From: Nitrososphaerota archaeon
GTDB taxonomy: Archaea > Thermoproteota > Nitrososphaeria > PSMU01
Direction: 5' to 3'
NCBI GenBank assembly: GCA_040290255.1
Contig: PSMU01000002.1
Span: 94,045 to 158,044 of the forward strand
DNA: 64,000 nt
Shown here: one piece after another, positions 28,073 through 37,475 of the stretch
Position numbering within the stretch: position 1 is the stretch's first letter
Layout: each line of letters opens with the position of its first letter
Position numbers and translations under genes: made by a program
Notes under the pieces: generated by a model
What the model was told of the DNA's origin: nothing
What the model saw: the letters and a program-made list of their open reading frames with translations, nothing else
Database searches by the model: none

Positions 28073-29011
28073 ATGGAGAAGCTGGCGGGGGAATGGGCGT
28101 GGAGCACGGAGCCCATCATCCTCCCCCTCGCCTATGACGCAAGGGAGTGGGGCGCGGCCTACCTGGCTCTATACCTCAGCGAATGCACGGGCGCCCCGCT
28201 GCACGCGCTACACGTATGGTTTCCTGGCCTGAAGGAGGATGAGGCCTTCCTGCATAGGGTCCGGGCCCGTGCGCAGCGGCTGGGCATAAGCCTGGAGGTG
28301 AAGGAGCTGGAGGGCCGCTCTCCCAACAAGAGGCAGATAGCGAGGCAGATAGTGCTTTACGCCTCGCAGGTGGGCGCGCAGGCCATCATAATGGCCGGGC
28401 ACAAGGAGGGCGTGCTGACCCACCTGCTCGGGCGCGTGTCCGATACCGTTGCGAAGCTGGCCGAGTGCCGCGTGCTGATAGCCGAGAGCAGGACGATGGC
28501 GGAGGAGAAACTGGCCAGCCCTAGGAGGCTGCTCGTGGCCTACACAAAGGCGCCGCTGGACCCAGAGCCGCTCATCGTGGCCGCCGCCATGACCAGCAGC
28601 GCCTGGTCGCCAGGGCTCGAAATATGGGCCGTCAGGTTTGTGAAGGTGCCTCCTACCGTGCCCCTGGATTCCGAGGAGCTAAGGAGGGCGCTGAGGGGCC
28701 TGGAAAAGGACTTCAACGCGTGGATCTCGGAGGCCACCAGGGCCCTGGGGAGGGTGATCATTCCTCATGTACAGCCCGTGAGGGAGCTGGGAGCAGACAT
28801 CGCGAGCTATGCGAGGGATCAGGGCATGGACATGATCCTCCTTCCCTGGGGCAGGCCGAGCAGGCTAAGGGCCCTGGGCCGGCCGGATGACGTTCAGCTG
28901 GTGGAGAGGGCGCCTTGCCCCGTTGCCCTTGTCTTCGGGCCCAAGCGGAGGGGACTTTCGCAGGAGGTGCGAGGCCCCGCCCTGCTTCAGCCCTGGACGC
29001 TGAAGGCCTGA
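28073..29011 (+). CDS. Tandem universal stress protein (UspA) domain protein
   Basis: 312 aa with two Usp-like halves, each ending in a G-x2-G-x9-G(S/T)-like segment (GRVSDTVAKLAECRVLI; ERAPCPVALV). Confidence 0.8.
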   Translation: MEKLAGEWAWSTEPIILPLAYDAREWGAAYLALYLSECTGAPLHALHVWFPGLKEDEAFLHRVRARAQRLGISLEVKELEGRSPNKRQIARQIVLYASQVGAQAIIMAGHKEGVLTHLLGRVSDTVAKLAECRVLIAESRTMAEEKLASPRRLLVAYTKAPLDPEPLIVAAAMTSSAWSPGLEIWAVRFVKVPPTVPLDSEELRRALRGLEKDFNAWISEATRALGRVIIPHVQPVRELGADIASYARDQGMDMILLPWGRPSRLRALGRPDDVQLVERAPCPVALVFGPKRRGLSQEVRGPALLQPWTLKA

Positions 29012-29052
29012 AGCGGTAACGCATAATAACGGGCCCCCCTGCCTTATCCAGC

Positions 29053-31137
29053 TTGTCCTCCGCCGAACATGAGCCCAACGCGCTGATATCCGAGGCGAGC
29101 CCGTATTTGAGGCAGCATTCGCTGGACCTAGTTCGGTGGCTGCCCTGGGGCGAAGAGGCGCTGAGGAGGGCTAGGGAGGAGGATAAGCCCATTTTCCTCA
29201 GCATAGGCTACTCGAGCTGCCATTGGTGCCATGTGATGCAGGAGGAGAGTTTCAACAACCCTGAGATAGCGGCCATCCTCAACAGGCACTTCATCCCTGT
29301 CCTGGTGGACCGAGAGGAGAGGCCGGAGCTGGACGAGCTGTACATGGCGGCCGTGCAGCTGATGACGGGGCAGGGGGGCTGGCCGCTCACCGTCCTCCTA
29401 ACGCCCGAGCTTGAGCCCTTCTTCGGGGGGACATATTTCCCTCCGGAGCCAAGACAGGGGCTGCCATCGCTCAAGCAGGTCCTTCTGGCCGTGCTCGAGG
29501 TCTGGCGGAACAAGAGGGCGCAGCTGAAGGAGTCGGCGAAGGAGTTGCTGGCAGGCATTAGGCAGCTCTATTCTACCTCACCCGCCGAGCTCGAGCAGGG
29601 GCCGGAGGTCGTGCGCTCGGCGCTCGACGAGCTGGTGATGCTCTTCGATGAGAAAAACGGCGGCTTTGGCGAGGCGCCGAAGTTCCCCATGCCGGGGCAC
29701 CTGCTCTTCCTGCTGCGCATCCACGGCCTTACAAAGGAGCCCATCGCCCTCAGGATGGCCCATAAGACGCTGCTGAGCATGGCCAGGGGCGGGATTCACG
29801 ACCAGCTGGCCGGCGGCTTTCACAGGTATTCCACGGACAGGGCCTGGCTCCTGCCTCACTTTGAGAAGATGCTGGCCGACAACGCGCTCTTGGCCAGGGC
29901 CTACTTGGAGGGCTATCAGCTCACGAGCGATGAGGCCCTGAGGGATGTTGCTGAGAGGACGCTCGGTTGGGCGCTCAGGGAGATGAGGGTGGAGGGCGCC
30001 TTCGCCAGCGCGCTGGATGCGGACAGCGAGGGCGAGGAGGGAAAGTACTACCTGTGGAGCAGCTCCGAGGTGGAGCGGGAGCTGGGCCAGGAGCTCGCCC
30101 GGGTGGCCCGCAGCGCCTTCGGCATCACCACATCAGGAAATGTGGGCAACGGACTCAACGTCCTGTACCTGGCCACCGCGCCCGAGCAACTCGCCCAGCA
30201 GCTGGGCATGAGCGTCGAGCAGGCCTATGTCGCGATGGAGGAGGCGAGGGAGCGCCTGCTCAGCGCAAGGGAAAGGAGGCCCAGGCCCTTCAGGGATGAT
30301 AAGGTCGTGGCGGCCTACAACGGGCTCATGATTTCGGCCCTGGCCTATGCCTATCAGGTACTGGGCAAGGAGCGCTATCGCGAAGCGGCCGAGCAGGCGG
30401 CGCGCTATGTGCTCTCCAAGTTGTGGAAAGGAGGCCAGCTGCATAGGTGCTATGCCGCGGGCAGGGCGACGGGCTTTGGCGTCCTCGAGGACTACGCCTT
30501 CTTAACGCGAGGGCTCATAGACCTCTATGAGGCCACGCTGGAAGAAACATGGCTGGACAGCGCGATCGAGCTGCACCAGAGCGCCGTTCAGCTCTTCCAT
30601 GATGAACAAGGCGGCGGATTCTTCTACGCCCAGCGCAGGGCCAACCTGCCGCTTCCCGGCCTCAAGAGCGCCTACGACGGCGCGCTGCCCTCGGGCAATT
30701 CCTATGCGCTGGGGAACGCGCTGTACCTGGCCGAGCTGCTGGGAGACCAGGCCCAGCGCGAAGTGGCCCGCAGGACCGCTAGAGCCTTCTGGGGCCAGGT
30801 CAGGGCCAGGCCCAGCTCCTTCACCTTCCTGCTGTGCTCGCTGCTGCTCGAGCTCTACCCCGCGCAGCAGGTGGTGCTAGCCGCCGGAAGCCATGATGAG
30901 GCGCGGGAGCTCCTCAGGGAGGTCCACCGCGCCTACCTCCCGAACCGCGTCCTGGCAGCTACTTGGCTGAAGGGGTCGCCCGTCGCCAAGTCGCCGCTCG
31001 TAAGGGATAAGATGCCAATCCAGGGAAGGCCCACGGCCTACGTCTGCAGCAACTACGCCTGCAGGGAACCCTCCTTAGAGCCCGAGCACCTGAGGCGCAT
31101 GCTCGCCGAGGCGGCGGGCGCGCGAGGGCACCCTTGA
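29053..31137 (+). CDS. Thioredoxin-domain protein (DUF255/YyaL/SPATA20-like) fused to (alpha/alpha)6-barrel domain
   Basis: 694 aa. N-terminal KPIFLSIGYSSCHWCHVMQEESF (thioredoxin-like CxxC), then a long helical-repeat domain like N-acylglucosamine 2-epimerase. TTG start. Confidence 0.8.
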   Translation: MSSAEHEPNALISEASPYLRQHSLDLVRWLPWGEEALRRAREEDKPIFLSIGYSSCHWCHVMQEESFNNPEIAAILNRHFIPVLVDREERPELDELYMAAVQLMTGQGGWPLTVLLTPELEPFFGGTYFPPEPRQGLPSLKQVLLAVLEVWRNKRAQLKESAKELLAGIRQLYSTSPAELEQGPEVVRSALDELVMLFDEKNGGFGEAPKFPMPGHLLFLLRIHGLTKEPIALRMAHKTLLSMARGGIHDQLAGGFHRYSTDRAWLLPHFEKMLADNALLARAYLEGYQLTSDEALRDVAERTLGWALREMRVEGAFASALDADSEGEEGKYYLWSSSEVERELGQELARVARSAFGITTSGNVGNGLNVLYLATAPEQLAQQLGMSVEQAYVAMEEARERLLSARERRPRPFRDDKVVAAYNGLMISALAYAYQVLGKERYREAAEQAARYVLSKLWKGGQLHRCYAAGRATGFGVLEDYAFLTRGLIDLYEATLEETWLDSAIELHQSAVQLFHDEQGGGFFYAQRRANLPLPGLKSAYDGALPSGNSYALGNALYLAELLGDQAQREVARRTARAFWGQVRARPSSFTFLLCSLLLELYPAQQVVLAAGSHDEARELLREVHRAYLPNRVLAATWLKGSPVAKSPLVRDKMPIQGRPTAYVCSNYACREPSLEPEHLRRMLAEAAGARGHP

Positions 31138-31460
31138 AGGCTTCGCGGCCGCCCCTCTGGTCCTGCGAGCAGTGCGGACAGCTGATCTACACCGCCGAAG
31201 AAAAGTATCAGCATGAGAAGGGCAGCGGCCACATGGTGAGCCGCCTGCCGGCCTGGAGGGTGCTCGCCCTCTCCATGGAGGGAAGGGCCCTGGAGCTGGC
31301 CAAGCAGGTGGCCGAGAGGAAAGGGCTTAGCTTGGAGGCCTACCTGGAGGACGTGCAGCGCAGGGCGAGCAGGCAGGCGGTGGATAAGCTGGCCGCGGCG
31401 AGGGTCATCTGGCTGGACGCCATGAAGCTGGGCCTGGTCACGGGCCCCCGCCAAGGTTGA
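31134..31460 (+). CDS. Small C2H2-zinc-finger plus ribbon-helix-helix-like DNA-binding protein
   Basis: 108 aa. CEQCGQLIYTAEEKYQHEKGSGH is C-x2-C-x12-H-x5-H, and VLALSMEGRALELAKQVAERKGLSLEAYLEDVQRRA has an RHH beta-alpha-alpha pattern. TTG start overlaps the upstream stop. Confidence 0.45.
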   Translation: MKASRPPLWSCEQCGQLIYTAEEKYQHEKGSGHMVSRLPAWRVLALSMEGRALELAKQVAERKGLSLEAYLEDVQRRASRQAVDKLAAARVIWLDAMKLGLVTGPRQG

Positions 31461-32895
31461 TCGAGATCAGCTTGGGCTCGGTGAGGTGGTAGATGGTGCT
31501 ACGCACCCCCTCACGCCCGCCCAGCCCGCTCTTCTTCGCTCCGCCGAAGGGCAGCGCATCCCATCTCAGGCGGGTGCTATCATTGATCATCACGGCCCCC
31601 ACCCTCAGCGCCGCGGCGAGCCGCAGGGCCTTTCTTATATCGGCGGTGAAGATGGCCGCCTGCAGGCCATATTCGGACTGCCCCGCCAGCGCCAGGGCCT
31701 CGTCCTCGCTCGAGAAGGATGTCAGGGGAGCCAGGGGGCCGAAGACCTCCTCCTTCATCGCCCGGGCCTCGCCCGGCACGTCGGTGAGCACGGTGGGGGC
31801 GAAGTAGAACCCGCGCCCTTCAAGCCTACCTCCTCCGGCCGCCAGGCGCGCCCCCTTGGCCAGGGCATCGGAGAGATAGTCCTCTAGGCTCGCCAGGGCC
31901 TCCCTTGAGATGAGGGGGCCTACCTCGCTCATCTCATCCAGCGGGTCGCCGACCCTGAGCGCCCTCGCCCTCTCGGCGTATGCGGAGCTGAACCTCGCGT
32001 AGAGGGCCTCATGAACCAGGATCCTCTTGCCGGCGTTGCAGTTCTGGCCCGCATACTCGAACCTCGCCCTTACGGCCGTGCTCACCGCCTTCTCAAGGTC
32101 GGCATCGGGAAGGATGATAATGGGGTCGGAGCCGCCGAGCTCCATCAGCAGGCGCTTTCCCCTCAGCGCCGCCCTGGAGGCGAGCTGCAGCCCCACGGCC
32201 GTCGAACCCGTGAAAGTAATGGCATCCACGGCGTCGGAGGCGAGCAGTTCCTCGCCCACCTCGCCTCCCCTGCCGGGCAGGACGCTCAATACCCCCCGAG
32301 GTAGCCCGGCTTCGTACAGCAGCGCCCCCAGCTCGAGCGCAGTCAGCGGCGTGGCCGAGGCCGGCTTCACGAGAACCGCGTTGCCCGCCGCCAGGGTCGG
32401 GGCCACCTTATGCGCGAAGCTGTTTGCCGGGAAGTTGAAGGGCAGGATCGCGGCCACCACGCCCAGGGGCTCCCTCAGCTCCATCACGAACCTCTGCTCG
32501 TTGCCAGGGGGATACTCGTAGGCATCCACCCTGTGCACCTTCCCCTCTAGGACGAACCTCGCCTCCTCGGCCGAGAGCCTGAAGACCGAGACAGCCCTCA
32601 GCACCTCGACGCGGGCATCCCTGATGGGCTTTCCTGCTTCAAGGGCCAGGAGCCGCGCGAGCTCCTCGGCCCTGGCCTCGACCAGCGCCGCGGTCCTGAC
32701 CAGCACCTTGGCCCTTTCGCGCAAGGGAAGCGCCGCCCAGGTGACCTGTGCGCGCCGGGCCGCCTCTGCCGCCTCGCGTACTTCCTCCCTGCCGGCCGCC
32801 GCGACCCTCTCTAGCTCCTCCCCCGTGCTGGGGTTGATGACGGTAAGGCTCCTCTCGCCGGTGCGGCGCTCGCCCGCCAGCAGCAAGGCCCTCAT
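31438..32895 (-). CDS. NAD(P)+-dependent aldehyde dehydrogenase
   Basis: 485 aa. MELGGSDP (ELGG), catalytic-Cys context FEYAGQNCNAGKR, and a GxTxxG-like NAD-binding region. Confidence 0.85.
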   Translation of the reverse strand: MRALLLAGERRTGERSLTVINPSTGEELERVAAAGREEVREAAEAARRAQVTWAALPLRERAKVLVRTAALVEARAEELARLLALEAGKPIRDARVEVLRAVSVFRLSAEEARFVLEGKVHRVDAYEYPPGNEQRFVMELREPLGVVAAILPFNFPANSFAHKVAPTLAAGNAVLVKPASATPLTALELGALLYEAGLPRGVLSVLPGRGGEVGEELLASDAVDAITFTGSTAVGLQLASRAALRGKRLLMELGGSDPIIILPDADLEKAVSTAVRARFEYAGQNCNAGKRILVHEALYARFSSAYAERARALRVGDPLDEMSEVGPLISREALASLEDYLSDALAKGARLAAGGGRLEGRGFYFAPTVLTDVPGEARAMKEEVFGPLAPLTSFSSEDEALALAGQSEYGLQAAIFTADIRKALRLAAALRVGAVMINDSTRLRWDALPFGGAKKSGLGGREGVRSTIYHLTEPKLISINLGGGP

Positions 32896-32971
32896 GCTTC
32901 CACTTCACCCGGCCCGGCATATAGGCTTGGCGCCCTACAAAGCTCTTAAAGGGCCGCGTGCCAAATCGGGC

Positions 32972-33835
32972 ATGCGCTCCGTGCGCATCGCCCTCGCGCA
33001 GATCAAGCCCAAGATAGGGGACCTAGAGGGAAACGTGCGCAAGATCCTGCAGTTCGTGCAGAGGGCCAAGGAAAGGGGGGCGCAGCTCGTGGCCTTCCCG
33101 GAGCTGGCGACGGCAGGCTACCTCTCCCAGGGGCTCTTCCTGGAGGTGGCCGAGGCCTGGGGGAGATGGTTCAAGAGGCTGCTTGAGGCATCTAGGGGCA
33201 TCACGATCATAGTGGGCACGGTCGAGGAGGACCAGAGGGGCTTCCTGTATAATGCTGCCCTGGTCTTGGCGAGGGGCCAGGTCGTCGAGGGCGAGCTCGA
33301 GGGGGGCAAGAAGCTCCCCAGCTACCGCAAGTGCTACCTGCCCACGTATGGAATGTTTGAGGAGGCGAGGTGGTTCGCGCCGGGCAAGCATGTGCCCATC
33401 TTCAGGCTCAATGGCGGCGAGGGCAGCTGGGCGCTGGCCGTCATCATCTGCGAGGACCTTTGGCAGCCCCTGCCCTCTAGAATCGCGGCCATGAGGGGAG
33501 CGCAGTTCATCTGCGTCATCGCGAGCTCCCCCAAGACGTACAAGAAGCCGGAGATAGTGGAGGCCCTGCTGAGGGCCAGGGCCATAGAAAACACCGTTTA
33601 CATGGGCTACGTGAACGCGGTGGGCAGCCAGGACATGGTGAACTTCTGGGGGGGAAGCGCGTGCGTGGATGCGGAGGGAAAGGTGCTGGCCAAGGCGGGC
33701 CTGCGGGAGGAGGAGCTGCTGGTGCTCGATTTGGACCTTTATGCGCTGAGAAAGCATAGGGAGCTCAACCCCTATTTGAGGGAGGAGAGGAAGGAGCTCA
33801 TCGAAGATTACCTCAGGGCGTTTCAGGCGTGCTAG
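32972..33835 (+). CDS. Carbon-nitrogen hydrolase (nitrilase-superfamily glutaminase, NAD synthetase partner)
   Basis: RIALAQIKPKIGDLEGN, then FPELATAGY, VIICEDLW (catalytic Cys) and CN-hydrolase E-K-C triad spacing. The ORF-track start at 32624 would overlap the ALDH gene, so ATG 32972 was chosen. The stop overlaps the nadE GTG by 7 nt. Confidence 0.75.
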   Translation: MRSVRIALAQIKPKIGDLEGNVRKILQFVQRAKERGAQLVAFPELATAGYLSQGLFLEVAEAWGRWFKRLLEASRGITIIVGTVEEDQRGFLYNAALVLARGQVVEGELEGGKKLPSYRKCYLPTYGMFEEARWFAPGKHVPIFRLNGGEGSWALAVIICEDLWQPLPSRIAAMRGAQFICVIASSPKTYKKPEIVEALLRARAIENTVYMGYVNAVGSQDMVNFWGGSACVDAEGKVLAKAGLREEELLVLDLDLYALRKHRELNPYLREERKELIEDYLRAFQAC

Positions 33836-34674
33836 CGGTGCAGCTGCCTCCCGAGCTCGAGTTCGACTGGCGGAGCGCCGCCGAGGACATCTGCTCCGCG
33901 CTTCGCGATTACATGGCCAACGTGGGCGCCAGGGTCGCCGTGCTGGGCCTATCCGGCGGAGTGGACAGCTCGGTTACGGCCGCGCTCGCGGCGAGGGCCC
34001 TGGGGCGGGCTAACGTAAGGGCCCTCATCCTCCCGGAGAGGGGCGTCACGCCGCCGCAGGACGTCGAGGATGCCCGCGCAGTGGCCCGTAGCCTGGGCCT
34101 CGACGCCCGGGAGATAGAGATAAGCCCGGTGCTGCGCTCCTTCCGCCGCCTACTGACCTTCCTGTCCGAGGACGAGATGAGCATGGCGAACCTGAAGGCT
34201 AGGGTGAGGATGGCGATGCTGTATGCCCTGGCCAACCATCTGGGCAGCGCCGTGGTGCTGGGCACGGGCGACAAGTCCGAGTTGCTCCTCGGCTACTTTA
34301 CAAAGTACGGTGACGGCGGCGTAGACCTGCTGCCCATTGGGGACCTCTACAAGACCCAGGTGAGGTACTTGGCCTGGAAGCTTAACCTGCCCGAGCGCAT
34401 CTGGAGGAAGGAGCCCTCGCCTACGCTCATCAAGGGCTTGACGGCCAAGGATGAGCTTGGCGCCCCCTACGAGGTCATAGACAGGGTCCTCTACTACAGG
34501 GTGGAAGTAAGGTATCCCGAGGAGGAAGTGGTCCGAAGGCTCGGCCTCTCGGCGCAACTGGTCAGAAGGATCTGCGCCAGGATCTACTCCAGCCATCATA
34601 AGAGAAAGCCGCCGCCCATCTGCAAGCTGGGCCCTGCCACCATCAACTGGGACTGGCGCATGCCGATTGAGTGA
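33829..34674 (+). CDS. nadE: NAD+ synthetase (PP-loop ATP pyrophosphatase)
   Basis: 281 aa with PP-loop VLGLSGGVDSSV and an NAD-synthetase C-terminal region. Confidence 0.85.
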   Translation: MLAVQLPPELEFDWRSAAEDICSALRDYMANVGARVAVLGLSGGVDSSVTAALAARALGRANVRALILPERGVTPPQDVEDARAVARSLGLDAREIEISPVLRSFRRLLTFLSEDEMSMANLKARVRMAMLYALANHLGSAVVLGTGDKSELLLGYFTKYGDGGVDLLPIGDLYKTQVRYLAWKLNLPERIWRKEPSPTLIKGLTAKDELGAPYEVIDRVLYYRVEVRYPEEEVVRRLGLSAQLVRRICARIYSSHHKRKPPPICKLGPATINWDWRMPIE

Positions 34675-34785
34675 TATGATTGTAGCCTATTCAGGGCGCG
34701 CTCGTCACGAATTTTAGGCTTTCATGCGGAGCGCGTAACAATCGGCTAGGAATCTTTTTAAGCCCTGGCCAGCCGGCGGCAGAGG

Positions 34786-36198
34786 TTGGCCGGCGGGAGC
34801 TGGAGGGTCGAACTACCGGTGCGAGAGGCGCCCGCCCTTTATCCGCTGCCACCCAAGTATAGGGTCAAGGTGCGGAAGCTCAAGCTGCTGGCCCTCTTGA
34901 TCAGGGAGGCGCTTCACTATAGATTCAACCGAAGGGTCGTCCTGAGCCGGCCCTGCATATACGGCGTGTTCAGCGGCAGGCTGGGCGGCTTTAGGCCGCG
35001 CCACGATAAGTGCGTGGCCTGCATGAGGTGCAAGCAAGAGTATCCTCACGTGATAGAGGATATCGCCCCGGATCCCGAATTCCTAAGGCTGGGGGACTCT
35101 TACCTTACGCCGGAGATCATCTGGACGATAAACAGGGAGGCCACCACGGGGGGCGATATCACCAGGGGCATGGGCTACAGGGGCCCCTTTAGCGGCCCCG
35201 GCTTCGATGCGATCTGGACCGATATGTCCGAGATCGTGAGGCCCACGAGACATGGAAAGCTCGACGTGGAGTACATTTCCACGCGCGTGGAAATAGGCAG
35301 TCTGCCCGTGCACTTGGACGGACAGCTCATTGGCAGTTGGAAGGCAAGGCTCCTAAGCTGTAACGTTCCCATCCTCTTCGACTGTCCTCCTCCAGGGGCG
35401 ATGACAGGACAGCTCGTCTCAGCCCTTTGTGAGGCGGCGGAGAGGGCCGGCACCTACGCGCTCCTGCCCTGGCCCGCCATGCAGAGGTCTTCTCCTTCCC
35501 CGCGGGGCACTAGGGCCTGGCCCTGCGTTTCCGCTCGAGAGGAGCTACCCCAGGCCAGGGCGCAGGCGCTGGAGCTGATGCCCCGCGCGGCCGGCCTTCT
35601 GCCTGAGCTGCGGCCGGAGTTTGACGGCCTGCTCGTTCAGCGGCTGCCCTTTTCGGAGGGCTTCGAGCGGGCCATGCTGGAGGCCGTAGAGCACGGCGCG
35701 GACGCGATACACCTGTGCGCGGATTATCACGGTCGAGGGCTCGGGGCCCTCTCGGATAGGCCGGTGAGCGAGCTGATAAGGAGGGCGCATCTAAGGCTGG
35801 TGGAGGCCAACATAAGAGATAGGGCCACTCTGATCGTGAGCGGAGGCATTGTGAGGGCCGAGCACGTCATTAAAGCCATCCTTCTGGGAGCGGATCTGGT
35901 GGCCATAGATACCGCTGCCCTGGCGGCACTGCAGCTGTATCCCATTGGGGAAGCCAGAAAGCCCGACGAGGCTACCTTCAGGAGGAGAAGCTTTCCCGAG
36001 GAGTGGGGGGCCCAGAGGCTCACCAACCTGCTGAACTCCTGGAGGGAGCAGATGATCGAGATCATGAGCGCCATGGGCATAAGAGACGTGCGCAGGCTCA
36101 GGGGCGAGGTCGGAAGGGCCATGTTCAATGAGCTCGAGGAGGAGTTCCTGAAGAAGTACATAGGAGGTGAGCTAGATGCAGAAGGTATCGCCCCCTGA
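34786..36198 (+). CDS. Glutamate-synthase-related protein: degenerate FMN-domain (GltB2-like) paralog with N-terminal Cys4 motif
   Basis: 470 aa. The C-terminal half aligns by eye to the next gene (LIVSGGIVRAEHVIKAILLGADLVAID against LMASGGIRTAYDVAKAIALGADGCIIG, and a LLNSWREQMIEIMSAMGIRDVRRLRG tail). It lacks the KxxQGAKPGxGG and DGxxGGTGASP FMN/substrate motifs. The N-terminus carries C-x18-CVACMRC. Confidence 0.5.
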   Translation: MAGGSWRVELPVREAPALYPLPPKYRVKVRKLKLLALLIREALHYRFNRRVVLSRPCIYGVFSGRLGGFRPRHDKCVACMRCKQEYPHVIEDIAPDPEFLRLGDSYLTPEIIWTINREATTGGDITRGMGYRGPFSGPGFDAIWTDMSEIVRPTRHGKLDVEYISTRVEIGSLPVHLDGQLIGSWKARLLSCNVPILFDCPPPGAMTGQLVSALCEAAERAGTYALLPWPAMQRSSPSPRGTRAWPCVSAREELPQARAQALELMPRAAGLLPELRPEFDGLLVQRLPFSEGFERAMLEAVEHGADAIHLCADYHGRGLGALSDRPVSELIRRAHLRLVEANIRDRATLIVSGGIVRAEHVIKAILLGADLVAIDTAALAALQLYPIGEARKPDEATFRRRSFPEEWGAQRLTNLLNSWREQMIEIMSAMGIRDVRRLRGEVGRAMFNELEEEFLKKYIGGELDAEGIAP

Positions 36199-37471
36199 GC
36201 TCGCCATAGCCAAGCACGCGGGCAACATAGCAAGGGGCCTTGAGCTCCTGCCCACGCTGAAGTATGGCGTGCCCAGCGCCCTGGGCAACAGCCGCTGGAC
36301 GGCCGAGCTGCTGCTGGCCACGTGGTACCAGGGCACCCATGCGAGGCCTCCTCCTCATCTTGAGTACCGCGTCGGGGCCTCAGGAGGGGGGTTTGACCGG
36401 CTTGACTTTCGCTGGCTGCCCGAGAGCGAGTGGCTGCCCGAGGACTACGAATTCGACCTCTCCATAAAGCTCAACAAGAGGAACGATGGGTTGCCGGAGC
36501 GCATCATACCCATACCCGTCTACGGCGCGGGCATGTCCTTCGGCTCCGTCAGCCTGAACGTGATGCTGGCGAGGGCGATGGCGGCGCAGGAGCTTGGCAC
36601 ATACACGTGCACGGGGGAAGGCGGATACCCCGAGCCGCTCATGCGCTATAAGGATCACGTAATCACGCAGGTCTCGACTGGATACTTTGGCGTCAACGAG
36701 GAGACGATGAAGATAGCCCCCATCATCGAGCTGAAGTATGCGCAGGGCGCGAAGCCAGGCCTCGGCGGCCATCTCTTGGCCGATAAAAATACGACGGAGG
36801 TCTCGAAGCTCCGGGAGGCCGTGCCCTGGGTGAGCCTCTTTCAGCCCTTCCCCTTCCATAGCGTGTACTGCGTTGAGGATCATAGGAAGCACGTGCATTG
36901 GGTGAAGCAGGTGAACCGCAGGGCCCTCGTCTCCGTAAAGGTCTCGACGCCCACGGACGTGGATATGGTGGCCATAGGCATCTACTATGCCGATGCGCAT
37001 ATCGTGCACATAGATGGAGGCTACGGCGGCACCGGTGCCTCGCCGGAGATAGCTAAGAAGAACATAGCGCTGCCCATCGAGTATGCTATACCGCGGGTCC
37101 ACAGGTACCTGGTACAGGAGGGGGTCAGGGATAGGATAACGCTGATGGCCAGCGGCGGCATAAGGACGGCCTATGACGTAGCCAAGGCGATCGCGCTCGG
37201 GGCCGATGGCTGCATCATAGGCAGCGCGGAGCTGGTGGCCGGGTTTGGCTGCACGCAGTGCGGCAACTGCGAAAGGGGAAGGGGATGCCAGATAGGCATC
37301 ACGACGACGGACCCGGAGCTCAGCCGCCTGGTGGACCCCGCGTGGGCCGCCCGAAGGATAGTGAACCTGTACAGGTCCTGGGCGCTGCAGTGGCGCGAAA
37401 TCCTGAGGAGGCTGGGGCTCAGGAGCATCAGGGAGCTCAGGGGAAGGAAGGACCTTCTCGTCTACAGGTGA
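36176..37471 (+). CDS. Archaeal glutamate synthase large-subunit domain 2 (FMN-binding, GltB2)
   Basis: CTGEGGYPEP, KYAQGAKPGLGGHLLADK, IDGGYGGTGASP, ASGGIRTAYDVAKAIALGAD, and a CTQCGNCERGRGC cluster motif. These are the canonical GOGAT FMN-domain signatures. Confidence 0.8.
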   Translation: MQKVSPPELAIAKHAGNIARGLELLPTLKYGVPSALGNSRWTAELLLATWYQGTHARPPPHLEYRVGASGGGFDRLDFRWLPESEWLPEDYEFDLSIKLNKRNDGLPERIIPIPVYGAGMSFGSVSLNVMLARAMAAQELGTYTCTGEGGYPEPLMRYKDHVITQVSTGYFGVNEETMKIAPIIELKYAQGAKPGLGGHLLADKNTTEVSKLREAVPWVSLFQPFPFHSVYCVEDHRKHVHWVKQVNRRALVSVKVSTPTDVDMVAIGIYYADAHIVHIDGGYGGTGASPEIAKKNIALPIEYAIPRVHRYLVQEGVRDRITLMASGGIRTAYDVAKAIALGADGCIIGSAELVAGFGCTQCGNCERGRGCQIGITTTDPELSRLVDPAWAARRIVNLYRSWALQWREILRRLGLRSIRELRGRKDLLVYR

Positions 37472-37475
37472 GGGC

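Noticed and set aside
34675-34700. gtgatatga resembling a C-box (RUGAUGA) upstream of the GOGAT cluster
   Set aside because: It has an inserted dinucleotide relative to the consensus and no downstream CUGA D box at sRNA distance.
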